IMG/VR virus record: IMGVR_UViG_3300038825_001787
Length of the DNA stretch: 64,000 nucleotides
Source: an uncultured virus (IMG/VR IMGVR_UViG_3300038825_001787)
Lineage: Duplodnaviria > Heunggongvirae > Uroviricota > Caudoviricetes
Direction: 5' to 3' (one strand)
In this document: in pieces, positions 54,501-62,718 of the stretch
Layout of the letters: every line of letters begins with the position of its first letter
Position numbering within the stretch: position 1 is the stretch's first letter
Made by a program: the position numbers and the translations under genes
The notes under the pieces: generated by a model
The model's database searches: none
Seen by the model: only the letters and a program-made list of their open reading frames with translations
What the model was told of the DNA's origin: nothing

Positions 54501-54811
54501 CAGACGGTGCAACTGCAATAGACGTTTTCGATTGCTCAGTATATCAAGCCACCAAGTATTTCATAATCGTTGAAGATACAGTCAATGATGACTTTATGAC
54601 TACAGAGATACTATTGTTAGGAGATGACTACCCAACCGATTGTGAGGCATTTATGACAATCTATGCAGTTGTTTTCAACAACGTAGAACTTGGAACATTC
54701 ACTACGAGTGTCTCCGGCAATGATGTCACATTAAATTTCGTACCCGCTGACGTAGCAGGAACAGGGTCGTTTAAGGTAAGGGCGGTGACACAAAGAATAT
54801 CAGCGATATGA
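51503..54811 (+). CDS. Long spike/fibre protein
   Basis: 1102 aa, A/T/G/D-rich beta repeats, MANEFRVK start, internal duplication. Confidence 0.8.
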   Translation: MANEFRVKEGLIVDGVSGSGVNPVKISDAVISSESALEVRSTANANPAVLIHANAGTDETVKIHSNQGTGTDSIILLSDVGGIDVDAAKAISLTTTGAAGDISLVSAHTAGVAFHIDANADAASEVQIDAGILDIDVTAGITIDGTTMSIDGTDDSNITVTGSGKDLDIAVAGGGTQELRIASAGTGASALHLNASAGGINIDSADMIDIDAADEITLTTTSADGHISLVSAHTAGVAFHLDADANAGSIVDIDAGILQIDTAGTMTLASGGALFITSGADMTFNDGTNDTFFQTNNFLIAPKAGVTGQDAVVDLTLGDNSSSNHDNDRRLLYATSEAIFRAALNMDGSGSMSAPIWELGVGGTLTANTTTALPTQAQYTTAATAFAFGAQGSVYRIGSDNATSGQVLTFDGTEWLAEDVSGTGDVSASSNFGTDNVLIKSDGTSKGVEASGITVADTTNNMSGVGSISSKQIAIAPANDAGVAALLITPIDVDQHGIDINSSITTADVLNITADATTTGHVIDISADGLTHTGGFMKLASTGLTIQDTGTSALVDMVVTNDSVGSQTAYGMLIDYNKSGITASGKTTVLAGLAVDVDDAATNVGTATIYGGIFTSNSANAGGTVKNIGIYASAGGGDTNYAGEFAGDMLFTSDTATFTSSNANDPLVVIENTTNDVNGATLRFVKDKGAAGADGDDIGTISFFGDNAAQEQTAFASIVAEVATAADTDEAGKLSLFVSESNGTSAQLTAGLVLVGQSTDDGEVDVTIGAGAASTATVAGHLNVTGDLTVTGTTTTVHVETTTTSSGIIFEGTTGDGHDATLKSVVAGGDVTYTLPNVGGFVALFDADPGTTTITSTPGELNLLDGSTANSVVNSKAVIYGSSGEIAGTLSTAAQTNVTSLGTLTALTVDDVAVDGKVITMTGSTNDTVTMTAATNGEFTIATVDTAAAAGHMNLDADGKIVLNTADNEHVVFETAGTSMFNIGVATEAKGNGATAIGEADGATAIDVFDCSVYQATKYFIIVEDTVNDDFMTTEILLLGDDYPTDCEAFMTIYAVVFNNVELGTFTTSVSGNDVTLNFVPADVAGTGSFKVRAVTQRISAI
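51804..52212 (+). repeat. Internal duplication, 375-bp period
   Basis: Identical 34-mer ATATTTCTTTAGTATCTGCTCACACAGCAGGAGT at 51804 and 52179, with similar flanks. Confidence 0.9.
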
Positions 54812-54855
54812 TATTAATGTGTTAAAACCCTTGCACTGGGGAAAGTGAACCGTGC

Positions 54856-57294
54856 ATGGCAAATGAGTTTAGAATAAAAAATGGATTAATTGTTGGTAAC
54901 ACCAAGCAGATGTCCTTCAGTGGAACCACTGGGAAACTAACCATAGGTAGCGACTTAACCACCACAATCGATGAAACTGTTCGAGATGAGGCTTTACTTC
55001 ATCTAATTACAAACAACGATGACAGCGACGGCGACGGTGTTGTTTCCTACGATATGATTATCGAGAGGCTGATGGGGGACGCAGACAGTCCCAACCAAGG
55101 TCCAGTATTAGCCCTGATGTCGTCCAATACTGACAACTCCGGCAGTGGTTCAACCGATATGATTGATGACACCGACATAGGTCAACTTCTATGGAGAGCA
55201 CATACAGATTCTAGTGAAGCCAACTTCGGTACGATAAGAGTCAATATTCAGGATGCTTCCAATGCTGCCAAAGATTCAAAGATGTTCTTCAAGGTGCAAA
55301 AAGCCAACTCCATTACCGAATTACTTACCCTAGATGGGGGTAATGACAAGGTAGTGGTACCTAACAGTGGATTCCAAATCGGTAGTGGGGCGACTGTCAC
55401 CACAATAGCCACAAGTACTAGCCTCGGCACTTCAAACACCACGTTGTCGACCACTGGTGCAATCAAATCCTACGTTGACGCAAACGCAGGTGGTTCAGTT
55501 GGTGGTAGTGATACTGAATTATTGTATAATGATGGTGGAACAGAAAATGGTATAGCATCTTTAACTTGGACTGATACGGCAGGTTCAGAACAATTATTAC
55601 TTTCAGATGCTAGTGATACATCATTATTCAAAATTATTCAAACAGGTACAGGTGATGCTTTAGAGGTTCATGACGAAGGATCAGATACAACAGTTTTCAA
55701 AGTTGACCAATCGGGTCATGTTCAGATAGGTACGACAAGTGAAACCATTGGTGCATTAAGAGTTAAAGGTTATCAAGGTGCTAGTTCAGTTAGTAGTGTC
55801 TCGACTTATAGAATATCAAGATTAGAAGATGGTGTTACAGGCAGTTTAGAAATAACAAGTTCTCAATCTGATGGTGATATGTATGTGGGTGCGGGAAGTA
55901 CGGGTGCTGACTTAATTTTTCACACTAGAAGAAGTTCACCTTCAGTAGCGAATTATGAAAATATAAGACTGACATCAAATGGGGAAATAGGTATTGAAGG
56001 TTCAAACTTCGGAAGTTCAGGTCAAGTTCTCACGTCAGGAGGCTCAGGAGCAGCCGTTTCTTGGAGCACAATTAGTGGCGGTGCTTCTGCTATTGATGAC
56101 TTATCAGATGCAATTACTACTGCTACTTCTAACATAGGATTAGGTAGCGGTGCTTTAGATTCTTTGACTGCAAGTAGTGGTAATTACAACGTAGCATTAG
56201 GTATTAATGCCGGAACAGCAATTACAACAGGAGATAGAAATATCTCTATTGGTTATGGTGCAGGTGATGGTTATGATGCAGAATCAGATAACATAGCAAT
56301 AGGTTACGATGCTTTAGGTGGTACATCAACAGCCGCAGCAAAGACAATAGCGATAGGAAATTATGCGGCAGACGCACTAACAACTGCCTCTGAAATAATA
56401 GCAATAGGATATAACGCCGCAGGTTCATTAACAACAGGCTATAGTAATACGGGTGAGTCAGTTTATATTGGTAATGAAGCAGGTGCAGCAATTACAAATG
56501 GAACTGCAAATGTAGTAGTAGGTCATAAAGCGGGCCAAAACCTAAGCACCTATACTTCGGGAACTTTGAGATGTTCCTACAATGTCCTCATCGGCTTTGA
56601 AGCGGGGCAACAGCAGACCATAGGTGGAAGAAATCTCGCCATTGGAACAAGGGCGATGTGGTTAGAACAAGAAACAGGTTATAACACCTATGTTGGTAAT
56701 TATTCGGGGCTTTATGCGAGAGGGGCTGAGAAGAATACTGCATTAGGATATGGCGCATTACAAGGTCAATCTAACTACCTAACGGGCGACTACAATACAG
56801 GTATAGGTTACAATTCACTAAGTTACATTTCATCGGGAGCAACCAATATAGCCATAGGACACGAAGCAGGAAATAACATCACTTCAGGTTCTAACAATGT
56901 CGTTATTGGTGCGGCTGATGTTTCAAGTGCAACAGGTGATGACCAACTATCAATAAGTTCCGGTGATGGTGGCGTTACTTGGATTACAGGTGATTCTGAT
57001 GGTGGTATTGCGTCTAAAGCACAAGTTGTAGCAGTAACAACAGGCACTACTGTCTTAACAGAAGCACAATCCGGTTCATACGTTTATGTAACAGGTGGTG
57101 CAGTAACATTACCTACAAGCGCAACTAAGGGAACACAATTTACTATATTCAATAACACAGGTTCAGATTTAACAGTAGGTCTTGGTACAAACAATTCTAT
57201 TGTAAGTAATTGGGCTACTAATGCAGCAGTATCAGACAATGAAGCAACATCATACATTTGCGTGTCTGCTACAAATTGGGTACAAGTAGGTTGA
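54856..57294 (+). CDS. Fibre/receptor-binding protein with YadA-head-like (NxAIG) beta-roll repeats
   Basis: MANEFRIK start; repeated NVALG/NIAIG/NTALG units; GSSGQVLTSGGSG linker. Confidence 0.82.
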   Translation: MANEFRIKNGLIVGNTKQMSFSGTTGKLTIGSDLTTTIDETVRDEALLHLITNNDDSDGDGVVSYDMIIERLMGDADSPNQGPVLALMSSNTDNSGSGSTDMIDDTDIGQLLWRAHTDSSEANFGTIRVNIQDASNAAKDSKMFFKVQKANSITELLTLDGGNDKVVVPNSGFQIGSGATVTTIATSTSLGTSNTTLSTTGAIKSYVDANAGGSVGGSDTELLYNDGGTENGIASLTWTDTAGSEQLLLSDASDTSLFKIIQTGTGDALEVHDEGSDTTVFKVDQSGHVQIGTTSETIGALRVKGYQGASSVSSVSTYRISRLEDGVTGSLEITSSQSDGDMYVGAGSTGADLIFHTRRSSPSVANYENIRLTSNGEIGIEGSNFGSSGQVLTSGGSGAAVSWSTISGGASAIDDLSDAITTATSNIGLGSGALDSLTASSGNYNVALGINAGTAITTGDRNISIGYGAGDGYDAESDNIAIGYDALGGTSTAAAKTIAIGNYAADALTTASEIIAIGYNAAGSLTTGYSNTGESVYIGNEAGAAITNGTANVVVGHKAGQNLSTYTSGTLRCSYNVLIGFEAGQQQTIGGRNLAIGTRAMWLEQETGYNTYVGNYSGLYARGAEKNTALGYGALQGQSNYLTGDYNTGIGYNSLSYISSGATNIAIGHEAGNNITSGSNNVVIGAADVSSATGDDQLSISSGDGGVTWITGDSDGGIASKAQVVAVTTGTTVLTEAQSGSYVYVTGGAVTLPTSATKGTQFTIFNNTGSDLTVGLGTNNSIVSNWATNAAVSDNEATSYICVSATNWVQVG

Positions 57295-57298
57295 TACT

Positions 57299-57931
57299 AT
57301 GAGTTTTATGGGTACAGTAGGTGTCGTAGCACAAGCGGGCCAAGCCGCAGCCGGCGGTGGTGGCGCAACAGACGTAAGCATAGCAACAACTTCCGGTACT
57401 GGCAATTATGACAATGCAGTTATTATTTCTCTTACACCAACAGGCTCTAGTGGAGAACAAGCACTTGCATCCAACGATGGTAGCGACTTCTCAAGTGGTG
57501 CGGGTACAATAGATTTGACTTACGGGGGAAATTACAACGCACAAGTTTTGGCAGGTAGTGGCAATCTTGTTTTCTTTACAAAAGCATTTTGTAGAGCAAC
57601 TGCCCCTGTCGGTGGAAGTATAGACACTTATACTTGGGATTTAGATAGTCCATCGAACAGCATATCAAATCAAGCCGGTACTTCAACCCCCGTTGCTACT
57701 CAGTCCTTTAGCGGTTCACCATTAAACGGGTCGGGCGAAGAAGGTGGTAACGATGGAACAGGAAGTACAGGAGTCGGTGAAAAAGTGGGTGTTGCCCACG
57801 CATCAGGTGGGCGAGGGTATCACCTAATGTCAGTAGGCGACCACGTTCAATGGAAGTGCCAATGTCAAGTATCTGCCGGAGGCGTTGATGTTGATGCTTC
57901 CGAAATAACAATAAAAATAGAGGTAGTTTGA
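57299..57931 (+). CDS. Gly/Ser-rich fibre-tip/accessory protein
   Basis: 210 aa; MSFMGTVGVVAQ...GGGG start, directly after the fibre gene. Confidence 0.7.
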   Translation: MSFMGTVGVVAQAGQAAAGGGGATDVSIATTSGTGNYDNAVIISLTPTGSSGEQALASNDGSDFSSGAGTIDLTYGGNYNAQVLAGSGNLVFFTKAFCRATAPVGGSIDTYTWDLDSPSNSISNQAGTSTPVATQSFSGSPLNGSGEEGGNDGTGSTGVGEKVGVAHASGGRGYHLMSVGDHVQWKCQCQVSAGGVDVDASEITIKIEVV

Positions 57932-58506
57932 TGGCTCGATGGGAAGTAACAGGAATCCCTAATGGGGAGAGTGGTGATTTCAAAATTGAGAGTTGCACAA
58001 CAACCACAGGCGAAGGTTCTTGGTTGAATTATGTAAACCATAAACAAATAACTGGCGGGCCTTACACAGTTCTGTATCAGAAAATGTATGGGCATTGGCT
58101 AAATATTATGCAAGATACAGAAGCAGAGTATACAGAACACGATTGGTTGATGTCTCGTTTGTCAGGAGATATTCTAATAGGTGGATTAGGTATAGGTATG
58201 ATACATATACCCTTACTAGCCTCTAGTGATGTAACTAGTGTAACTATAGTAGAGAAGAATCAAGATGTAATAGACCTAGTATGGGCTAACTGTGCTAAGG
58301 ATGATAGATTTACGCTAGTCTGTGATGACATTAACACATGGGATCCAGATGCTACAGATGGGCTACCTACAACAAGTTGGGATGTAGGATGGTTTGATAC
58401 TTGGTTAACTTTCGACGAGCAAATGCCAGATTATATTACACGAATAAATAATAAATACGGTTCGTATGTTTCAGAAATAGGCGGATGGGAATGGCCTGAC
58501 GAGTAG
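57928..58506 (+). CDS. Class I SAM-dependent methyltransferase / spermidine-synthase-like protein
   Basis: IMQDT..E, GDILIGGLGIG, VTIVEKNQDVI, WFDTW. Confidence 0.75.
   Translation: MMARWEVTGIPNGESGDFKIESCTTTTGEGSWLNYVNHKQITGGPYTVLYQKMYGHWLNIMQDTEAEYTEHDWLMSRLSGDILIGGLGIGMIHIPLLASSDVTSVTIVEKNQDVIDLVWANCAKDDRFTLVCDDINTWDPDATDGLPTTSWDVGWFDTWLTFDEQMPDYITRINNKYGSYVSEIGGWEWPDE
58170..58320. other. TpA-rich island inside CDS
   Basis: ttaggtataggtatgatacatatacccttactagcctctagtgatgtaactagtgtaactatagtag. Confidence 0.65.
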
Positions 58507-58526
58507 AATGATTTATATTAATACGA

Positions 58527-58850
58527 ATGGGGGCGACAATTAAGATGGCACTAAAAATTGAATACGAAACAAACTACGGGATAACTTGCGACTACGCTCA
58601 TTGTGTGATAGTTGACACTAGATGTAATAAAGAAGTAGATGAAGAAGGAAATAAAACATTCCCTGTACGATACAGTGGTAAAATATACGCATCGGATGAT
58701 GCATATGCTGATGGTGCATCTCCTATTGGTGGTTTCAATGGTAGATTTTTGATGAGTGAAGCGGGTGCTAAAACTCAATACAACATAATCAAACAATGCT
58801 ACATTGACTTAAAGACACAAGATGGCTTTACAGAAGGCGAAGATTGCTGA
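58527..58850 (+). CDS. Small fibre-associated phage-type protein
   Basis: MALKIEYETNYGI...AH; ends QCYIDLK...F..GEDC; real start probably MALK at 58545. Confidence 0.65.
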   Translation: MGATIKMALKIEYETNYGITCDYAHCVIVDTRCNKEVDEEGNKTFPVRYSGKIYASDDAYADGASPIGGFNGRFLMSEAGAKTQYNIIKQCYIDLKTQDGFTEGEDC

Positions 58851-58894
58851 TAACCTAGTAATCTTTATATCAAAAAGTAAGCCAAGTTTGCTTT

Positions 58895-59257
58895 ATGCCT
58901 GAAGATGCAGCACAAGCAGAAACACGATCAGAAAGCCCGCAGATAAATATACTGGACCCAGTATATCAAGAAGAGATTGATTTGAAACTGACGAGAGGTC
59001 AAGCACTTTTCGTTTACAACTTCTTAGAGGCAAACATCCAACCACGAGGAATGGCTATGGTAGAATTTTCTTTTGATATGATGAAGAGATTTCAGACTGC
59101 ACTAATAGTAGAAGAACCAGTCAGTGAACCACAAGTAACGGTTGAAACAGCAGAAGTAGTCGAAGAAACAAAAGAAACATTTACTTCAAAGAAGACAGCA
59201 GATGGTACAACAGTCTTTGAAAATAACGTAGCAATTAAAGAATTAATGGAGGAATAA
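58895..59257 (+). CDS. Acidic hypothetical protein upstream of chaperonin
   Basis: 120 aa; TTTATA box about 30 nt upstream. Confidence 0.75.
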   Translation: MPEDAAQAETRSESPQINILDPVYQEEIDLKLTRGQALFVYNFLEANIQPRGMAMVEFSFDMMKRFQTALIVEEPVSEPQVTVETAEVVEETKETFTSKKTADGTTVFENNVAIKELMEE

Positions 59258-59259
59258 GT

Positions 59260-60813
59260 ATGGCAACAGTAGTAGACGCAAAACAAAACGCACCAGTAGT
59301 ATCAGCACACGATATTAATATCCAAGTTGCAATACAATTGGCTAACTTAGTAAAATCAACTCTAGGACCGTATGGAATGGACAAAGAGATGGTAGACCCT
59401 GCTGGCGTAGTTGTTATGACAAATGACGGTGCAACAATTCTTAGAGAAACTAAACTACACCATCCAACCGCCAAAATAATTACAGAAGTAGCACGCACAC
59501 AAGAAGAAAACTGCTTCGACGGTACAACAAGTTCAGTTGTTATTACTGGTGAATTAATGTCTAAGGCAAAAGATTTGCTAAACATCAAGATACACCCTAC
59601 ACGTATTGCTAAAGGATACACTTTGGCTAACAAGAAAGCACAGACTCTCTTAGAAGAGATAGGCGTGGACGTCGATGACGACTTACTACTGAGTGTAGGC
59701 AAGACCGCTATGACAGGTAAGAGTGCAGAAGCAGAACAAGACCAACTAGCACAAATCGCACTAGATGTAATCAAGTCCACTACTTTAGACAATATCAATA
59801 TCGTAAAAAGACCAAATGGTAAAGTAAAGGATTCACTTGCTATTGCTGGGCTTCTTATTGACAGAGAAAAGATGGATCACAATATGCCTGACTCTGTTAA
59901 AGATGCAAAGATTGCTTTGATTAGTGTTGACGTTACATTGCCAGAGTTTGCGCAGCAGTTGCAGATTCAAGTAAACGATAACAACGCTGTAAAAGAGTTT
60001 ATCGAAAGCAGAAAGGCTCAGTTACAAGAAATTGCTGAGACCATACTTAACAGTGGAGCCAATGTTGTTCTTTGCAAGAGAGACATAGACCCATTTGTTG
60101 TGGAGATATTCGCACAGAAAGGAGTTTACGCAGCAAGAAGAGTTGCCATGAGCGACATGGAAGCGGTTGCCAAAGCAGGAAAGGGTAGAATGGTTTCTGC
60201 AATAGACGGTCTAAAAGAATCAGACCTTGCTACTGTTGGACTATTAGAAGAAGTTGCTGTTGGTGAGAAACCATTGATTAAATTAACTGAGACAGAAACT
60301 GCTGGCTCAGTTTCAGTATTACTAAGAGCACCAACCTTGCATTCTGTTGATGAAATTGGTAGAGCGTTTGATGATGCAATCGGTGTTATCAGCGTTGCTA
60401 TGGAGCATGGAAAAGTCCTTGCAGGTGGTGGTGCGCCTTACTTACACCTATCTAAAAACCTAAGAGAATTCGCTGCTACTGTTAGTGGAAGAGAGCAAAT
60501 GGCTGTTGAGGCTTATGCCCAAGCATTGGAAGTAATTCCTGCTGCTTTGGCTGAAAACAGTGGGTTAGACCCATTAGATACCCTTATCCGTCTACGCCAA
60601 CTCCATGCATCTGCAGCCGGCCACTCTCACGGAGTGGACGTGGAGAACGGAGGAGGAGTAAATATGCTAGAATTAGGTGTTATTGAACCACTAAGTGTAG
60701 TATCACAAGCACTAGACAGTGCTACTGATATTGCTTCCCAGTTACTCCGAATCGATAATATTATCGAAATGCAAAGAGGACCGGAGATTGGAGAAGATGG
60801 ATACCAATACTAA
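59260..60813 (+). CDS. ths: Group II chaperonin (thermosome subunit)
   Basis: STLGPYGMDK, TNDGATIL, DGTTS, IHPTRI, GGGA, GVIEP, LLRID; no GroES nearby. Confidence 0.95.
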   Translation: MATVVDAKQNAPVVSAHDINIQVAIQLANLVKSTLGPYGMDKEMVDPAGVVVMTNDGATILRETKLHHPTAKIITEVARTQEENCFDGTTSSVVITGELMSKAKDLLNIKIHPTRIAKGYTLANKKAQTLLEEIGVDVDDDLLLSVGKTAMTGKSAEAEQDQLAQIALDVIKSTTLDNINIVKRPNGKVKDSLAIAGLLIDREKMDHNMPDSVKDAKIALISVDVTLPEFAQQLQIQVNDNNAVKEFIESRKAQLQEIAETILNSGANVVLCKRDIDPFVVEIFAQKGVYAARRVAMSDMEAVAKAGKGRMVSAIDGLKESDLATVGLLEEVAVGEKPLIKLTETETAGSVSVLLRAPTLHSVDEIGRAFDDAIGVISVAMEHGKVLAGGGAPYLHLSKNLREFAATVSGREQMAVEAYAQALEVIPAALAENSGLDPLDTLIRLRQLHASAAGHSHGVDVENGGGVNMLELGVIEPLSVVSQALDSATDIASQLLRIDNIIEMQRGPEIGEDGYQY

Positions 60814-60943
60814 GAATAAAGTAAACGCTGCGCTAGTTGCGCTAAAGGAAACAGGCGTAAGTTATATTCTAATGGTCCAAGACGAGTCCGGTGTTGCTAT
60901 TTTTAGTAACGATAAGTCAGACCGATTATACATCATAGATTAG
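60797..60943 (+). CDS. 48-aa hypothetical protein
   Basis: MDTNTKNKVNAALVALKETGVSYILMVQ...; GGAG upstream; fills the gap after the chaperonin. Confidence 0.55.
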   Translation: MDTNTKNKVNAALVALKETGVSYILMVQDESGVAIFSNDKSDRLYIID

Positions 60944-60954
60944 GAGGAATAAAA

Positions 60955-61689
60955 ATGCCAATAGACCCAACAAGAAACCCGCTAGCAGACGCAATGTTTT
61001 CTGGAGCAAATACACAACAGTTCCAAGAAATGTCGAATGAAGATATTGTTCAATTACAGAAAGAACAAGAAAACAGACTCATCGGGTCAATGATGGTTCA
61101 GTCTATTTTTCTCGCATTAGCACTTATGCTGTATGAAAGTTGGTCATGGGGTAAATTTGACCAAGTATGGCAATCTGCTTTATTGTATGGTATGCTTGCA
61201 TTTACATTTCAAGCATCACTTTACTTACTTTACAGGTCTATGTTTGAAGACTCTACAAACTACCGCCGTCAAATTAAGCGAATGAAATCTAAGAACAAGC
61301 GTCGTATGGCTCAGATCAAGTATGAAGTAGACAAACAACGTACAGAGTGGATGTTAGACCAACAGGTACAACAGTTCCAAAATAATGCTATGATGGCACA
61401 AGCAGATGGTTTTGTCTCTCCTGCTGAACAAAATGTTTTACAACAACAGTATCAACAACTACAACAAACCGATCAGCAAGTACCTAGCGTGAATGCTAAT
61501 ATGCAATATGATTTAGCAGACTTAGCAAAGCAACTAGGACTAGACCGCCACAGAATCGGTCCAATACCAATGGGTCCATCTTTAACACCGACACCAATAA
61601 CTGTCACACAAGCCCCTTTAGGACAATTCCAGGTTCAGCAACCAGTGACTCAGAACACATTGGACCTGGATCCGACAGCGAGCAATTAA
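60955..61689 (+). CDS. Membrane protein (2 TM) + Gln-rich coiled coil
   Basis: AGGAGG SD; two hydrophobic segments then a charged helix and Q-rich tail. Confidence 0.8.
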   Translation: MPIDPTRNPLADAMFSGANTQQFQEMSNEDIVQLQKEQENRLIGSMMVQSIFLALALMLYESWSWGKFDQVWQSALLYGMLAFTFQASLYLLYRSMFEDSTNYRRQIKRMKSKNKRRMAQIKYEVDKQRTEWMLDQQVQQFQNNAMMAQADGFVSPAEQNVLQQQYQQLQQTDQQVPSVNANMQYDLADLAKQLGLDRHRIGPIPMGPSLTPTPITVTQAPLGQFQVQQPVTQNTLDLDPTASN

Positions 61690-61761
61690 TACAATGTCAA
61701 GCAATAACAGATATGGGAACACAGTGCGAGAGAATAACGAGGTCAGGATGGTGTCACCAAC

Positions 61762-61995
61762 ATGGGACTAATATTTCGTGATGAAAGAGATGACCAACAA
61801 GAAGCATTGATGCAAACAACTGCTGTTGGACTGACATGGCAATATCGCTATCTTACTATGAAGTGGATGGTTTACACTGTGCTGTCTGGAATCGGCTCAG
61901 GTTTAGGCGTAGCATTGACAGACTATGCTGTTATGAGAATGACTGACCATACTGGTCTAGTAGACTGGGCTTTGACTGCATTGATGGGGGCATAA
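61762..61995 (+). CDS. Small membrane protein
   Basis: 77 aa; hydrophobic WMVYTVLSGIGSGLGVAL. Confidence 0.7.
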   Translation: MGLIFRDERDDQQEALMQTTAVGLTWQYRYLTMKWMVYTVLSGIGSGLGVALTDYAVMRMTDHTGLVDWALTALMGA

Positions 61996-61998
61996 TAC

Positions 61999-62718
61999 AT
62001 GGGCTCAGCAGAAATCATCTTAGCACATGGTGTATGGAGAATCATGGCTGGTGTTTTGACATTAGTTCCTTATGAGATAAGTGTTATTGGCGCAAGTAAA
62101 AGTGGTAAGACGACACTTGATGGCCAACTAACCACTAGAGGAGAAATAAGAAAACTATACGAAAAAGATAGAACTCATCATAAAAAGGACTGGTTAGGTA
62201 GGTACAAGTTACCTGACGCAACTAAGAAGCGAATACGTTCAGATGGATTAGCAAGAACAGTTGTTTCTAGAGACTTGGGTGGACATATAGAGTACCATTC
62301 AACATGGTTGAGAGATATGATTAACCGTAACTGTAGTAGTGTAGTACTAGTAATAGATAATAGACACCTAATAGATACTAATAATATAGATAATCAAACT
62401 GCTCTAGGATACTTAGTAAGAGCATTAAGCGATAAGAATAACACTCCTAGAGGACTCACTTGGAGGGGATGGTGGCGAGCAAAGAAATACTATCCTAAGA
62501 GAGTCGTCGTACTTGCTAACAAAGCAGACGAGTGGATGACTGATGCTGACCACGCTACATGGGAGAAGGGTTTTATTGCCCGTCACCAAGTATTCGACGT
62601 ATTTAGAGAAGACTTTTACCGCTTGCAATCCATGAATGTTCCTGTATATATGGATGCAATCAGTGCAAAATATGGGTGGAACGTACAGGACGCTTTAATC
62701 AAGGGGTTATCAATATGA
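61999..62718 (+). CDS. Small GTPase, Arf/Ras-superfamily-like
   Basis: G1 GASKSGKTT, G2 RT, G3 DLGG, G4 NKAD, G5 SAK. Confidence 0.85.
   Translation: MGSAEIILAHGVWRIMAGVLTLVPYEISVIGASKSGKTTLDGQLTTRGEIRKLYEKDRTHHKKDWLGRYKLPDATKKRIRSDGLARTVVSRDLGGHIEYHSTWLRDMINRNCSSVVLVIDNRHLIDTNNIDNQTALGYLVRALSDKNNTPRGLTWRGWWRAKKYYPKRVVVLANKADEWMTDADHATWEKGFIARHQVFDVFREDFYRLQSMNVPVYMDAISAKYGWNVQDALIKGLSI
62330..62430. other. TpA-rich island inside CDS
   Basis: ctgtagtagtgtagtactagtaatagataatagacacctaatagatactaataatatagataat. Confidence 0.7.

Noticed and set aside
59235..59798. Long antisense ORFs opposite the chaperonin and other genes
   Set aside because: Shadow frames of well-supported plus-strand genes
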